A DNA stretch of 64,000 nt from an uncultured Stakelama sp. (GTDB lineage Bacteria > Pseudomonadota > Alphaproteobacteria > Sphingomonadales > Sphingomonadaceae). Shown here one piece after another: positions 17,124-26,430 of the stretch. The first letter of the stretch is position 1. Each line of letters starts with the position of its first letter. A program made the position numbers and the translations under genes. The notes below the pieces were generated by a model. The model did no database searches. It was not told the DNA's origin and was given only the letters and a program-made list of their open reading frames with translations. The DNA lies in NCBI GenBank assembly GCA_964496045.1, contig CAZBYE010000001.1, positions 727-64,726 of the forward strand, in the 5' to 3' direction.

Positions 17124-17519
17124 ATGAAAATCGGAGAGGCATCGAAACGGTCCGGCGTGAGCCAGCGGATGATCCGCCATTACGAAGGGCTGGAGCTGAT
17201 CCCCAAGGCTGCACGGCGCGAGTCGGGCTATCGCGACTATGACGAGAGCGATGTCCACACGCTGCGCTTCATCCGCCGCGCCCGCGACCTCGGCTTTCCG
17301 ATCGAGGAGATCCGTCAGCTCGTCGCACTATGGCACGACCGCAGCCGCTCGAGCGCCGACGTCAAGGCACTGGCGCTCGCTCGCGCCGCTGAACTCGACC
17401 GCAAGGCGCGCGAACTCGATGAGATGCGGCACGCCCTCACGCATCTCGCCGCAACCTGCCAGGGCGACGACCGGCCGGACTGCCCGATCATCAAGCGACT
17501 CGAACGGCCCGACGCGTAG
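17124..17519 (+). CDS. cueR: Cu(I)-responsive MerR-family regulator CueR
   Basis: MKIGEAS...MIRHYE HTH; C-terminal CQGDDRPDCP loop. Confidence 0.93.
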   Translation: MKIGEASKRSGVSQRMIRHYEGLELIPKAARRESGYRDYDESDVHTLRFIRRARDLGFPIEEIRQLVALWHDRSRSSADVKALALARAAELDRKARELDEMRHALTHLAATCQGDDRPDCPIIKRLERPDA

Positions 17520-17677
17520 GGAACAATACTCCCAGCGCGGCGACGGTCGATGCGGTCGCCCGGCGGAGAAGCAAATCGAGTGACCGCACCCCGGCTCCAG
17601 TGATAATGTCCCCCTGACCAGTGCCCAGAGCTGACAATGTAAAGCCGGGCTTACAGGTCGGGGGTGGGATTGTCGCC

Positions 17678-19828
17678 ATGCAGAGGGTTCGATGGAACGG
17701 TGCTGTAGTCATCGCCGCGGCCGTCGGCGTTCCGGTTATTCTTCTGGTCATGACGTTCCTGGTGAACCGCGGTTTTGAGGAAACGGCCAGACTTCGCCGT
17801 GAGGTCGAGCGTTCGTACGAAACGCGCGCCGCGCTCGAGCATGTCCTCGCGCTCCATCAGGATATCGAGTCGGGGCAGCGCGGCTATCTGATCACCGCCG
17901 ATGAGTCGTTTCTGCGGCCCTATCGCGACGCGAGCCGCAACGTCGATCAGGCACTGGTCTCGCTCAGCGAGGCGAACCGGAGTGTCGGAGACGCCGAACG
18001 TTTGGCCGCGCTCAAGGCAACCTCCGACGCAAAACGCCGCTTCGTTGACCGGACGCTCGCACTACAGGCGCAAGGCAAGGTCGAATCGGCGCTGCAACTG
18101 GTCCGCGACGGTGAGGGCCAGCAGTTGATGGAGCGGCTACGGGATCAGATCGCCGAGCTTTCCCGTATTGAACGGACACGGCTCGCCGCTCGCACTGCCG
18201 CGGTAGGGCACGCGCGCAGCCAGTTGCGGACCCAAACAATCGTGTTGCAGTTGAGCCTGATCCTGCTGCTTGCCTTCGCCGCATGGCTCGCCGCGCGCAG
18301 CAACGCCGCGCGGCAGCGCGCACTCGACCGTGCCGAGGATCTCGCAGCGCGACAGGAGACCATCTTCGATAGCGCCAAGGACGGGATGATCGTGATCAAC
18401 CCCAGCGGGAGCATCGAAAGCCTCAACCCCGCGGCCGCGGCGATGTTCGGTCATGACCCCGACGCCCTCCTCCGCCGCGACATCGGCGTGTTGTTCGAGG
18501 TCGCGCCCGACCGCGGCCGCGTCGAGAGCTTCCTGCGCCGGCTCGGCGCCAATCGTCGCGAGACCTATGGACAGGTTCAGGAATTTGTCGGCCGCCGGGT
18601 CGATATGAGTACCTTTCCAGTGGAAGTTACGATCGGCCCGGTCCGTCTCGTTGAGACCACATTGTTCCTTGCGGTGATTCGCGACATCAGCGAGCGGCGT
18701 GAGATAGAGCGGATGAAGAACGAGTTCGTGGCGACGGTCGGCCACGAGCTGCGGACACCGCTCACCTCGATCGCCGGGTCCCTCGGCCTGATCGAAGGGG
18801 GCGCGGCGGGCGATCTTCCGCCCAAGGCAGCTCGTCTGGTCGAGATCGCGCATAGCAATGCGACGCGGCTTGTACGGCTCATCAACGACATCCTCGACAT
18901 CGAGAAGATCGAGGCCGGCAGGATGCAATTCGATATCCGGCCACTGGAGCTCACACCGCTTCTCCAACGGGCCGCGCAGCAAAGCGCCGGCTTTGCCACC
19001 GAATATGAGGTCGAGATCGACCTTGTTCCGGTGCCCGCCGGTGCCGGGGTGCTCGCCGACGAAGACCGGCTGATGCAGGTTTTGACCAACCTGCTTTCGA
19101 ACGCGATCAAATTCTCACCCCCCGGCGGTTTCGTCTCCCTGAGTGTCGCCCCGCTCGACCGCCGATACCGGATCAGCATCGAGGATCGCGGCAGCGGGAT
19201 TCCCGACAGCTTCCGCGGTCGCATCTTCGGCAAGTTCGCGCAGGCCGACGGTTCCGACACTCGTCAGAAGGGCGGAACCGGTCTGGGTCTCAGCATCGTG
19301 CGGGAGATCGTACTGCAGCTGGGCGGCTCGATCAGCTTCGATTCGACTGAGGGGCAAGGCACTGTTTTCCATGTCGATCTGCCGGCGGCAGCCCTGATCG
19401 AATCCGGCGCCGTCGCATCGGCATCCGGGGCGAAAGCATCGGACGCGGACGTGCCAATTGCCCTGCCCGTCATCCTCCATGTCGACGATGACCCCGACAT
19501 GCTGCACGTGTTGGCGAATGCGTTCGAGGGCAAGGCGCGGCTCCACTCGACCCCCAGCATCGGCGACGCCCGCGCGATCCTGCAGCGGGAACAGATCGAT
19601 GCGGCGATTCTGGATGTCGGGCTGCTCGACGGGCGCGGGACCGATCTCGTGCGGCCGTTGCGCGCGCATCGTTCGGACCTCCCGATCCTCGTGTTCACGG
19701 CGCAGGAGACAGATCAGTTCCAGATGATCGGCGTCGACCTGGTGCTGGTGAAGTCGCGCGCCAGCCTCGACCAATTGGTTGACGAGACGATGCGGCGGAT
19801 CGATCACGTGGCGAGACAGGGCCGGTGA
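17678..19828 (+). CDS. Hybrid sensor histidine kinase (CHASE3-PAS-HisKA-HATPase-REC)
   Basis: ESGQRGYLIT (CHASE3) between two TMs, PAS, HELRTPL, NLLSNAIKFS, GTGLGL, C-terminal receiver. Confidence 0.92.
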   Translation: MQRVRWNGAVVIAAAVGVPVILLVMTFLVNRGFEETARLRREVERSYETRAALEHVLALHQDIESGQRGYLITADESFLRPYRDASRNVDQALVSLSEANRSVGDAERLAALKATSDAKRRFVDRTLALQAQGKVESALQLVRDGEGQQLMERLRDQIAELSRIERTRLAARTAAVGHARSQLRTQTIVLQLSLILLLAFAAWLAARSNAARQRALDRAEDLAARQETIFDSAKDGMIVINPSGSIESLNPAAAAMFGHDPDALLRRDIGVLFEVAPDRGRVESFLRRLGANRRETYGQVQEFVGRRVDMSTFPVEVTIGPVRLVETTLFLAVIRDISERREIERMKNEFVATVGHELRTPLTSIAGSLGLIEGGAAGDLPPKAARLVEIAHSNATRLVRLINDILDIEKIEAGRMQFDIRPLELTPLLQRAAQQSAGFATEYEVEIDLVPVPAGAGVLADEDRLMQVLTNLLSNAIKFSPPGGFVSLSVAPLDRRYRISIEDRGSGIPDSFRGRIFGKFAQADGSDTRQKGGTGLGLSIVREIVLQLGGSISFDSTEGQGTVFHVDLPAAALIESGAVASASGAKASDADVPIALPVILHVDDDPDMLHVLANAFEGKARLHSTPSIGDARAILQREQIDAAILDVGLLDGRGTDLVRPLRAHRSDLPILVFTAQETDQFQMIGVDLVLVKSRASLDQLVDETMRRIDHVARQGR

Positions 19829-20193
19829 CACGCATCCTCTACATCGACGATGAAGCCGATATCCGCGAAGTGGCGCAGATGTCGCTCGAGCTCGATCCGG
19901 CGTTCGAAGTGCGCAGCTGCGCATCGGGGCCGGACGGTATTGCCGAAGCCGCTGCGTGGCGCCCTGCCCTCATCCTGCTCGACGTGATGATGCCCGGCAT
20001 GGACGGGCCGACGACGTTTGCCCGGCTCCGGGAGCAGCCGGAGACCGCAGATATCCCGGTGGTGTTCATCACGGCGCGGACTCAGGCGCACGAGGTCGAA
20101 GGTTTTCACGAGTTGGGAGCGCACGGCGTTCTCGCCAAGCCGTTCGATCCGATGACGCTGGCGGGACAAGTCCGCGGTCTGCTCGATGGCTGA
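19825..20193 (+). CDS. Single-domain response regulator (CheY-like)
   Basis: ILYIDDE, LLDVMMPGMDG, FITA, KPF. Confidence 0.93.
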   Translation: MTRILYIDDEADIREVAQMSLELDPAFEVRSCASGPDGIAEAAAWRPALILLDVMMPGMDGPTTFARLREQPETADIPVVFITARTQAHEVEGFHELGAHGVLAKPFDPMTLAGQVRGLLDG

Positions 20194-20473
20194 GTTCGAG
20201 ATCCGGATGGAGGCGCTGCGCCAACGCTTCGTCGCCCGCACCCGCGGTGATGCGAAGCTGATCATCGCCTATGCCAAGGTCGACGATCGAAACACGCTGC
20301 GAGACCTGTGTCATGCGATTGCCGGCACCGCGGGAATGTTCCGCTTCAGTGCGCTCGGTGACGCAGCCAGCGCCGTCGAAAACGCGATCGACACGCACGC
20401 GGCCAATCCATTGCTCGAATCTCTGGTGACGCAGTTGCTCTCAGAAATTGAGCGACTGCCCCCGCGATATTGA
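20186..20473 (+). CDS. Hpt (histidine phosphotransfer) protein
   Basis: 95 aa helical; CHAIAGTAGMF Hpt signature; overlaps the receiver gene. Confidence 0.8.
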   Translation: MAEFEIRMEALRQRFVARTRGDAKLIIAYAKVDDRNTLRDLCHAIAGTAGMFRFSALGDAASAVENAIDTHAANPLLESLVTQLLSEIERLPPRY

Positions 20474-20529
20474 AGGCGCGCTCGAGAACGTCACTGGATA
20501 ACCGCCGCTTCATGGCGCACCGCATGAAA

Positions 20530-20590
20530 CTCCGGCTGGCTTCCGGGCAAGCCAGCCGGAGCCGGGGCGGCTCCCTCGGCGGAAGGGAGC
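20530..20590. terminator. Tandem hairpins between convergent genes
   Basis: Perfect 13-bp inverted repeat CTCCGGCTGGCTT/AAGCCAGCCGGAG (20530-20561) plus GCTCCCT/AGGGAGC (20570-20590); no U-tract. Confidence 0.55.
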
Positions 20591-20608
20591 GCGCCCGACC
20601 AGACAGGG

Positions 20609-23600
20609 TTAGAACCTGGCCTTGATCGATGCGTAGAAGGAGCGCCCGATCACGTCATAGGTGGCGGCATCGGTCGTCAGCGGCGAGGCGCTGATGAACG
20701 GTGGGACCTTGTCGGTGAGGTTGCTGACCCCGAAGCCCAGGCTGAACCGTTTGTCGATGTCGAAGTCCGCATTGAGGTCGATGTAATTATAGGCCGGAAC
20801 TCCGGGAGTCGTCGAAGCGGCGCTGGCGAGGCGATCCGAATGGACCATCGGCGAAATATGCCGCCACAGAAGGGACAGGCTGAACCCGTCGTTCGAGTAG
20901 CTCACACGCGTGTTGATCTTCCACCTGGGATGAGAGATCCCGCCCCCGACCCCCCCGAAGCCCGCGCTTCCGGCATAGTTGAAGGTCGGCGATCCCAGCA
21001 GGCCCGCCACCTTGTAGGTGTGGAGATAGGATGCAGTCACGTTGAACTCGAGCGCACCGGCCGAGGGCGACATGCCGATCGCATCGAGCCCGAAGCCCCA
21101 GTTGAACTGGGTATCGATCCCGGCGACGGTGTAGGTGGCAAAGTTGAACAGCCCCTGCTGACCCAGCGAAATCTGCCCGGTCAGCGGATCGCGCGAGATA
21201 CGCTGGCAATAGGCGTTGCTCTGCGAGAAGCCCGGATTGCTCGCACCATCGGAGTTGAAGCAGCGCGGCAGGATATCGGACAGCAGCAGCGATCCGATCG
21301 CATCCTTGATCTTGATGCTGTAATAGTCGACCGACAGGCTGAGCTTCTGGAACAGCGGACTGTTGAAGCGCGGTGTCAGCACTGCACCAAAGGAATAGGT
21401 GGTGGCGCGCTCTGGCGTCAGATTAGGATTGCTCCCATCCTGTCCCGGAACGGTCGAGATACCGTAAGTGTAGGTTGGGAAGATCGCGGCCGGGATGCCC
21501 TGCGCCAGACAGAGCGCCTGCACCTGGCTTGAACTCCCGCCGGTGCGATAGACGCTGCCGACGGCACAGGGGTCGCCCGCATTCGGCCCCGTCCCGATCG
21601 GCAGCTGGGCGACCGATGTCGGACCGAACAGATTGCCCAAGCTCGGTGCGCGGATCGCGACCGAGTAGCTGCCGCGCAGGAATATGGGTTCGAACGGCCG
21701 CCAGGTCAGGTCCGCCTTGTAGGTGTGCTGACCACCGAAGAGGCTGTAGTCCGAGAAGCGATAGCCCGCATTGGCGGTCAGCTCCTGAAAGAAGGGCGTG
21801 TCCTTCAGGATGGGGACGAGCAGCTCGCCGAAGACCTCGCTGACCTTCTGCGTACCCGACGCCGCGCTCACAAACCCGTAGGAGATCGAGTCATTGGTGC
21901 GCAGCGTCGAGTCGGGACGATAGTTGAACGATGTCTCGCGATAATCTGCGCCGACCGCAAAGCTCAGATCGCCTGCGGGCAACGCGAAGAGCGGGCCCTG
22001 AACCGTCGCTTCGACAATCGTCTGCGACTGATCGTTGATGTTGCGGTTGGTGCGACCGGCATATTCAAGACAGCCGGGGCTCAGCTGATCGAGGCCGAGC
22101 GGGTTCCATGCATAGCCCCGGCAGGTGCCGGCGGGCCCGCTGTAATTGGCGGTGCCATTCAGGATGGTCGTGACCGCCGCGAGACTGATGTCGCCCGTCA
22201 TCTCGTTGACGAACTGCGATTTGCCGTAGGATCCGTAGAGGTTCCACGCGAGCGAGGTCCCCGGAATCTGGCCCTTCAGCCCGAAGACCGCCTGCCACAC
22301 GCTGTTGTCGAAGGACGAGATGCGGTTACCGAGCGTGGACAGCAGCTTTGTAACGACGATGTTGCCCGTCGGCGTCGGTGAGATCGAGCCGAGGATCGCG
22401 CGCAGATCGGCATTGCCGGCGATGAAGGGATTATTCTGCGGCACGATCAACGGGCTTGCCGGTTTCGACGACCCCGGACCGGTCCGGCTGAACGCCTCGG
22501 AATGCATATAGCCGAACTGGGCATAGGCAGTGATGTCGGGGCTGAGTTCATAGGATAGCCGCCCGAATGCATTGTACCGTTTCAAGGGCACCTGGACCGC
22601 GAAATACTGGCCGAGCGCGACCTGAACCTGACGGCAGTTCGGACTGATGTTGAGGCCGACCGTACCACGGTTGAGGCCACGGTAGTTCTGGACGCAGTTC
22701 GTTCCCGCCAGGTTGGTAAAGATCGTGCCGTCGCCATTGACGCCGATGGCGCCGTTGTAGAGGCCAGTGCCCGAAATCGGCGTGGTGCCCGGATAGCGGG
22801 CCAGCACCGCGTTGACTGCCGCAACGGTCGGCGCTCCGCCGCCATAATTGCCGGCCGCGATGATGCCCTCAGGCGGACGAGCGAGCTGGCGGATATTCGC
22901 GAAGAAGGGCCGGTCGCTGCCCATGACGGCGTCGCGTTCGGCATATTCGAGACCGAAGAGGAATTGTCCGCGATTCTCGGCGAAATTGGCACCGAACGCG
23001 GCACTTAGGCTGGTCGTGCCGCCATCACCCTCGTCGGTGATCCCCTTCTTTGCCGAAAGCTCCAGCCCCTTGAGGTTGGTCCGCAGCTTGAAGTTGGCGA
23101 CGCCCGCCACCGCGTCCGATCCGTAGGTCGCCGAGGCGCCGCCGGTGATCACCTCGACTGAGCCGATCAGCGACGACGGAATGGTGTTGAGATCGATTGC
23201 GCCATCGGGGCTGGACGGCATCATGCGCCGCCCGTCCAGCAGCACCAGCGAACGGTTGGGGCCGAGGCCGCGCAAGTCGCTATAGGCCTGGCCGCCACCA
23301 AAGCCGATCGTACCCTGGCTATCACCGACTTCGGCCGCCCCCTGCGCACCGGAGAATTGCGGAAGCTGTCCGATGGCCTTGTCGAGCGAGGGCTGCCCCG
23401 TCGCCGCAAGCTCGTCCACGCCGACGGTCGAAATGGGGCTCGACGATTTCGCATCGCGGCGCGAGATCAGTGAGCCGGTCACGACGATCTCGGCATCTCC
23501 AGCCGATGCTTCGGCGCCGGTTTCATCCGCTTGCTGGGCGTTGGCCGGGCTGGCCGACAGGCAGATCAGACCGGCCATGCAACCCGAGACCATGGCGTTC

Positions 23601-23719
23601 GCGAAGCGGGGGATCGAGCGCCGCGGATGCGCGGGCGGTGTTGTCATGGCGATGGCCATGGATCCGGCGCTGGCTTGAGAATACACCCACTGGTTTCGGG
23701 CGTGCAGATTGCTTGCCAT
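20609..23719 (-). CDS. TonB-dependent receptor
   Basis: EIVVTGS TonB box, LRGLGPNRSLVLLDGRR, GGASATYGSDAVAGV plug, terminal F; ATG 23719 has GGGAGG RBS. Confidence 0.93.
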   Translation of the reverse strand: MASNLHARNQWVYSQASAGSMAIAMTTPPAHPRRSIPRFANAMVSGCMAGLICLSASPANAQQADETGAEASAGDAEIVVTGSLISRRDAKSSSPISTVGVDELAATGQPSLDKAIGQLPQFSGAQGAAEVGDSQGTIGFGGGQAYSDLRGLGPNRSLVLLDGRRMMPSSPDGAIDLNTIPSSLIGSVEVITGGASATYGSDAVAGVANFKLRTNLKGLELSAKKGITDEGDGGTTSLSAAFGANFAENRGQFLFGLEYAERDAVMGSDRPFFANIRQLARPPEGIIAAGNYGGGAPTVAAVNAVLARYPGTTPISGTGLYNGAIGVNGDGTIFTNLAGTNCVQNYRGLNRGTVGLNISPNCRQVQVALGQYFAVQVPLKRYNAFGRLSYELSPDITAYAQFGYMHSEAFSRTGPGSSKPASPLIVPQNNPFIAGNADLRAILGSISPTPTGNIVVTKLLSTLGNRISSFDNSVWQAVFGLKGQIPGTSLAWNLYGSYGKSQFVNEMTGDISLAAVTTILNGTANYSGPAGTCRGYAWNPLGLDQLSPGCLEYAGRTNRNINDQSQTIVEATVQGPLFALPAGDLSFAVGADYRETSFNYRPDSTLRTNDSISYGFVSAASGTQKVSEVFGELLVPILKDTPFFQELTANAGYRFSDYSLFGGQHTYKADLTWRPFEPIFLRGSYSVAIRAPSLGNLFGPTSVAQLPIGTGPNAGDPCAVGSVYRTGGSSSQVQALCLAQGIPAAIFPTYTYGISTVPGQDGSNPNLTPERATTYSFGAVLTPRFNSPLFQKLSLSVDYYSIKIKDAIGSLLLSDILPRCFNSDGASNPGFSQSNAYCQRISRDPLTGQISLGQQGLFNFATYTVAGIDTQFNWGFGLDAIGMSPSAGALEFNVTASYLHTYKVAGLLGSPTFNYAGSAGFGGVGGGISHPRWKINTRVSYSNDGFSLSLLWRHISPMVHSDRLASAASTTPGVPAYNYIDLNADFDIDKRFSLGFGVSNLTDKVPPFISASPLTTDAATYDVIGRSFYASIKARF

Positions 23720-23799
23720 ATGTCCTCCCCTGATCAGACTTTGCCGACCGGTCATTGCGGGCCCGATTCTTCGCGCCTCTTGCGCTACACTATGATCGC

Positions 23800-23818
23800 A
23801 AGCTGTCACGAAGCTGTC
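23800..23818. promoter_or_regulatory. 11-bp-period direct repeat, candidate OmpR-family (TctD?) site
   Basis: AAGCTGTC at 23800-23807 and 23811-23818, upstream of the TonB receptor. Confidence 0.45.
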
Positions 23819-23842
23819 GTCATCCCGACAGCAAAGGAATCA

Positions 23843-24946
23843 CTATAGATCATTGTTTTTCATTCTGTTTTTCTCTGCCAGCCAGATCGCCACGCGCGAT
23901 CCCAGCGACAGGGCAACCAGAAATCGGATGGCCTGGAGCGACATGACGAGCGACGTGTCGCTGTGCGTCGAAACCGCCATGATCGCGATCGAATCCAGTC
24001 CCCCGGGACTGGTTGCAAGATAGGCGGTGACGGGATCGATCCCGAGCTGCCAGACCAGCGCGCCACCCAGCATCGCGCAGAAGGCGACAAGCGTCAGCGA
24101 TGACAGAATAATCCAAGGCAGGCTGCGCGCGGCACTCACCATCGCCGCGCGGCTGAAGGTCAGGCCGATGCGCCAGCCGATAGAGGCATAGGCCGCAGCA
24201 AGCAGCGGCGCTGGTGTGACCAGCGCGATGTCGGTCGACCAGTTGAGCGCGGTGCCGATGACGATCGCGCCGATCATCGGTCCGGCGGGAATGCGAAGCG
24301 CGAGGCCCAGCACCACGCCGCCGATCGCGACGAGCAGCGTCGTGCCGAGCGCGACCGGATCGACCGGCGTCCAGAAAGTCGCCCCCGCCGGGATCACCTG
24401 ACCTCCGCCGAGGAAGGTCAGCAGAACCGATGCGACCGCGACGACGACCAGCACGCGCATATAGGTGATCACCGCGACCAGCCGGGCATCGGCGCCATGG
24501 GCATCGGCCAGGATCACCATCGGCGCCGCGCCGCCGGGAGCTGCGCCCCAGATCGCTGCGTTGCCGGGCACCGCGCCCGACCGCATCAGGACATAGCCGA
24601 GCGCAAAGCTCGCCGCGAAGATGAGCAAGGTCACGCCGGCGAAGATCGGCCAGTCCCTTGCCAGCAGCGCGAACAGCTCCGGCTCGAAATGACGCGCGAT
24701 CAGGCACCCGATCACCGCTTGCGATGCAAGGAAGCAAGGGCGCGGGACAGCGACCGTCAATCCGCGCGCGGCGAGCAGGATTCCGGCGAGCATCGGACCG
24801 AGCAACAGGGCTGCCGGAACGCCGATCCGCGCCAGCACCCAGGTCAGAAGTGCCGAAAGTCCGACGAGGGCTGGCCAGCGCATCAGGAGCAAGGCCCGAG
24901 CCCCCCGCCCCATGTTGTTCGGCGCGCTATCCACCCGTGGCGACAA
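23843..24946 (-). CDS. AbrB-family membrane protein (putative ammonia-monooxygenase-like duplicated domain)
   Basis: PAALLLGPM, APGGA and TSPGGLD half-repeats, many TMs; start may be ATG 24913. Confidence 0.88.
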   Translation of the reverse strand: MSPRVDSAPNNMGRGARALLLMRWPALVGLSALLTWVLARIGVPAALLLGPMLAGILLAARGLTVAVPRPCFLASQAVIGCLIARHFEPELFALLARDWPIFAGVTLLIFAASFALGYVLMRSGAVPGNAAIWGAAPGGAAPMVILADAHGADARLVAVITYMRVLVVVAVASVLLTFLGGGQVIPAGATFWTPVDPVALGTTLLVAIGGVVLGLALRIPAGPMIGAIVIGTALNWSTDIALVTPAPLLAAAYASIGWRIGLTFSRAAMVSAARSLPWIILSSLTLVAFCAMLGGALVWQLGIDPVTAYLATSPGGLDSIAIMAVSTHSDTSLVMSLQAIRFLVALSLGSRVAIWLAEKNRMKNNDL

Positions 24947-26267
24947 AGGGGAAGGCGCCGGTCAGGATCGCCGCGAGAAAGAAAACGAGGCACGAACCCA
25001 GCGCCCATTTGAGCGTGAAGCGCTGATGCTCGCCGAGTTCGATCCCGACAAAGCCCACGAGCAGGAAGGTCGAGGCGACGAGCGGGCTCAGGAGATGGAC
25101 CTGCTGCCCCACGAGCGAGGCGCGGCCCATTTCGACATGGCTGATCCCGTAATGCGCGCCGGTCTCCGCCAGGATCGGCACGATGCCGTAATAGAAGGCG
25201 TCGTTGGAGATGAAGAAGGTGAAGGGGGCGCTCAGCGCCGCGGTGATCGGCGCCAGATAGGGGCCCATGCTGTCGGGCACGGCATGGGTGACAGTTGCCG
25301 CCATCGCCTCGACCATCTTCGTCCCGGACAGGACGCCGGTGAAGATGCCGGCGGCGAAGACCAGCCCGCCGACCGCCAGCGCATTGCCCGAATGCGCCGC
25401 CAGCCGTTCGCGCTGCGCATCGAGCGACGGGAAGTTGACCATCATCGCGACGGCGAAGGCGAGCATGAACAACACGGCGAGCGGCATCACGCCCATCACG
25501 AGCAGGACGAGCAGCCCGAGCGTCAGCGCGAGGTTGAACCAGAAGAGCCGCGGCTGACGCGCCTCCGTATGGCTTTCGGCGTCGCCGGCGAGGATCTCCG
25601 ACGCCGTCGCATCCTCATCGATCGCTTCGGGTGGCAGCTTCGCCAGCCGCTCGCGCTCCTTCAGCCCGAAACGATAGGCGACAAAGACCACCCACGCCGC
25701 GGTCGCGACCATCGACGGAATCAGCGGAAGGAAGATATCGCTGACATCGACATGCAGCGCGCTCGCAACGCGGGCGGTAGGGCCTCCCCACGGGAGCACG
25801 TTCATCACGCCGCCTGCCATGATGACGATGCAGGCGAGCATCCGCATGTCCATCTTCATGTGGCGATAGACGGGCAGCATCGCAGCGGTGGTGATCATAT
25901 ACGCCGTCGCGCCGTCGCCATCGAGCGAGACGGTCAGCGCCAGCAGTGCGGTGCCGACCATGATGCGGACCGGGTCTCCGTGCACGACGCGCACGATCGC
26001 CCGGATCAACGGGTCGAACACGCCGACATCGATCATCAGCCCGAAATAGAGGATCGCGAACACCAGCATGACCCCGGTCGGGGCCAACTGCTTCACGCCA
26101 TCCATCATCATCGTGCCGAGATCGGTCTGATACGCCCCGAACAGCAACAGGCCGACCAGCGCGAAGGAAACGGGGACGACGATCAGCGCAACAATCGCCG
26201 AAAGGCGCTTGGTCATAATCAGCGTCATGAAGACGCCGACCATCGCAAAGGCGTAGAGAGACAGCAT
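24927..26267 (-). CDS. CitMHS-family (metal-)citrate:H+ symporter
   Basis: LIMTKRLS, FAILYFGLM, SLDGDG, NVLPWGGPT, SNDAFYYG; start ATG 26267 (alternative 26348). Confidence 0.93.
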   Translation of the reverse strand: MLSLYAFAMVGVFMTLIMTKRLSAIVALIVVPVSFALVGLLLFGAYQTDLGTMMMDGVKQLAPTGVMLVFAILYFGLMIDVGVFDPLIRAIVRVVHGDPVRIMVGTALLALTVSLDGDGATAYMITTAAMLPVYRHMKMDMRMLACIVIMAGGVMNVLPWGGPTARVASALHVDVSDIFLPLIPSMVATAAWVVFVAYRFGLKERERLAKLPPEAIDEDATASEILAGDAESHTEARQPRLFWFNLALTLGLLVLLVMGVMPLAVLFMLAFAVAMMVNFPSLDAQRERLAAHSGNALAVGGLVFAAGIFTGVLSGTKMVEAMAATVTHAVPDSMGPYLAPITAALSAPFTFFISNDAFYYGIVPILAETGAHYGISHVEMGRASLVGQQVHLLSPLVASTFLLVGFVGIELGEHQRFTLKWALGSCLVFFLAAILTGAFPFVATGG

Positions 26268-26430
26268 TGCCGGGATCAGTCGCGCTGCGGAGTGTCTGGA
26301 GCCGAGACTGTGTCCCGATTGTCCGAAGCGGCAGACGCCACTGCCCATGCGCCCGTGCCGCTATCCCGATGGATACCCACAAACCTCTCCCTGGTGCGGT
26401 TCCCGTTTCGGAACCTGCACCCGGCCTAGC

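Noticed and set aside
6984-17519. Copper island as a mobile element
   Set aside because: No transposase, integrase, tRNA or flanking repeats detected by eye.
23800-23820. Pho box upstream of the TonB receptor
   Set aside because: CTGTCAC-GAAG-CTGTCGT resembles a Pho box but is in the opposite orientation to the gene; kept only as a generic OmpR-type repeat.
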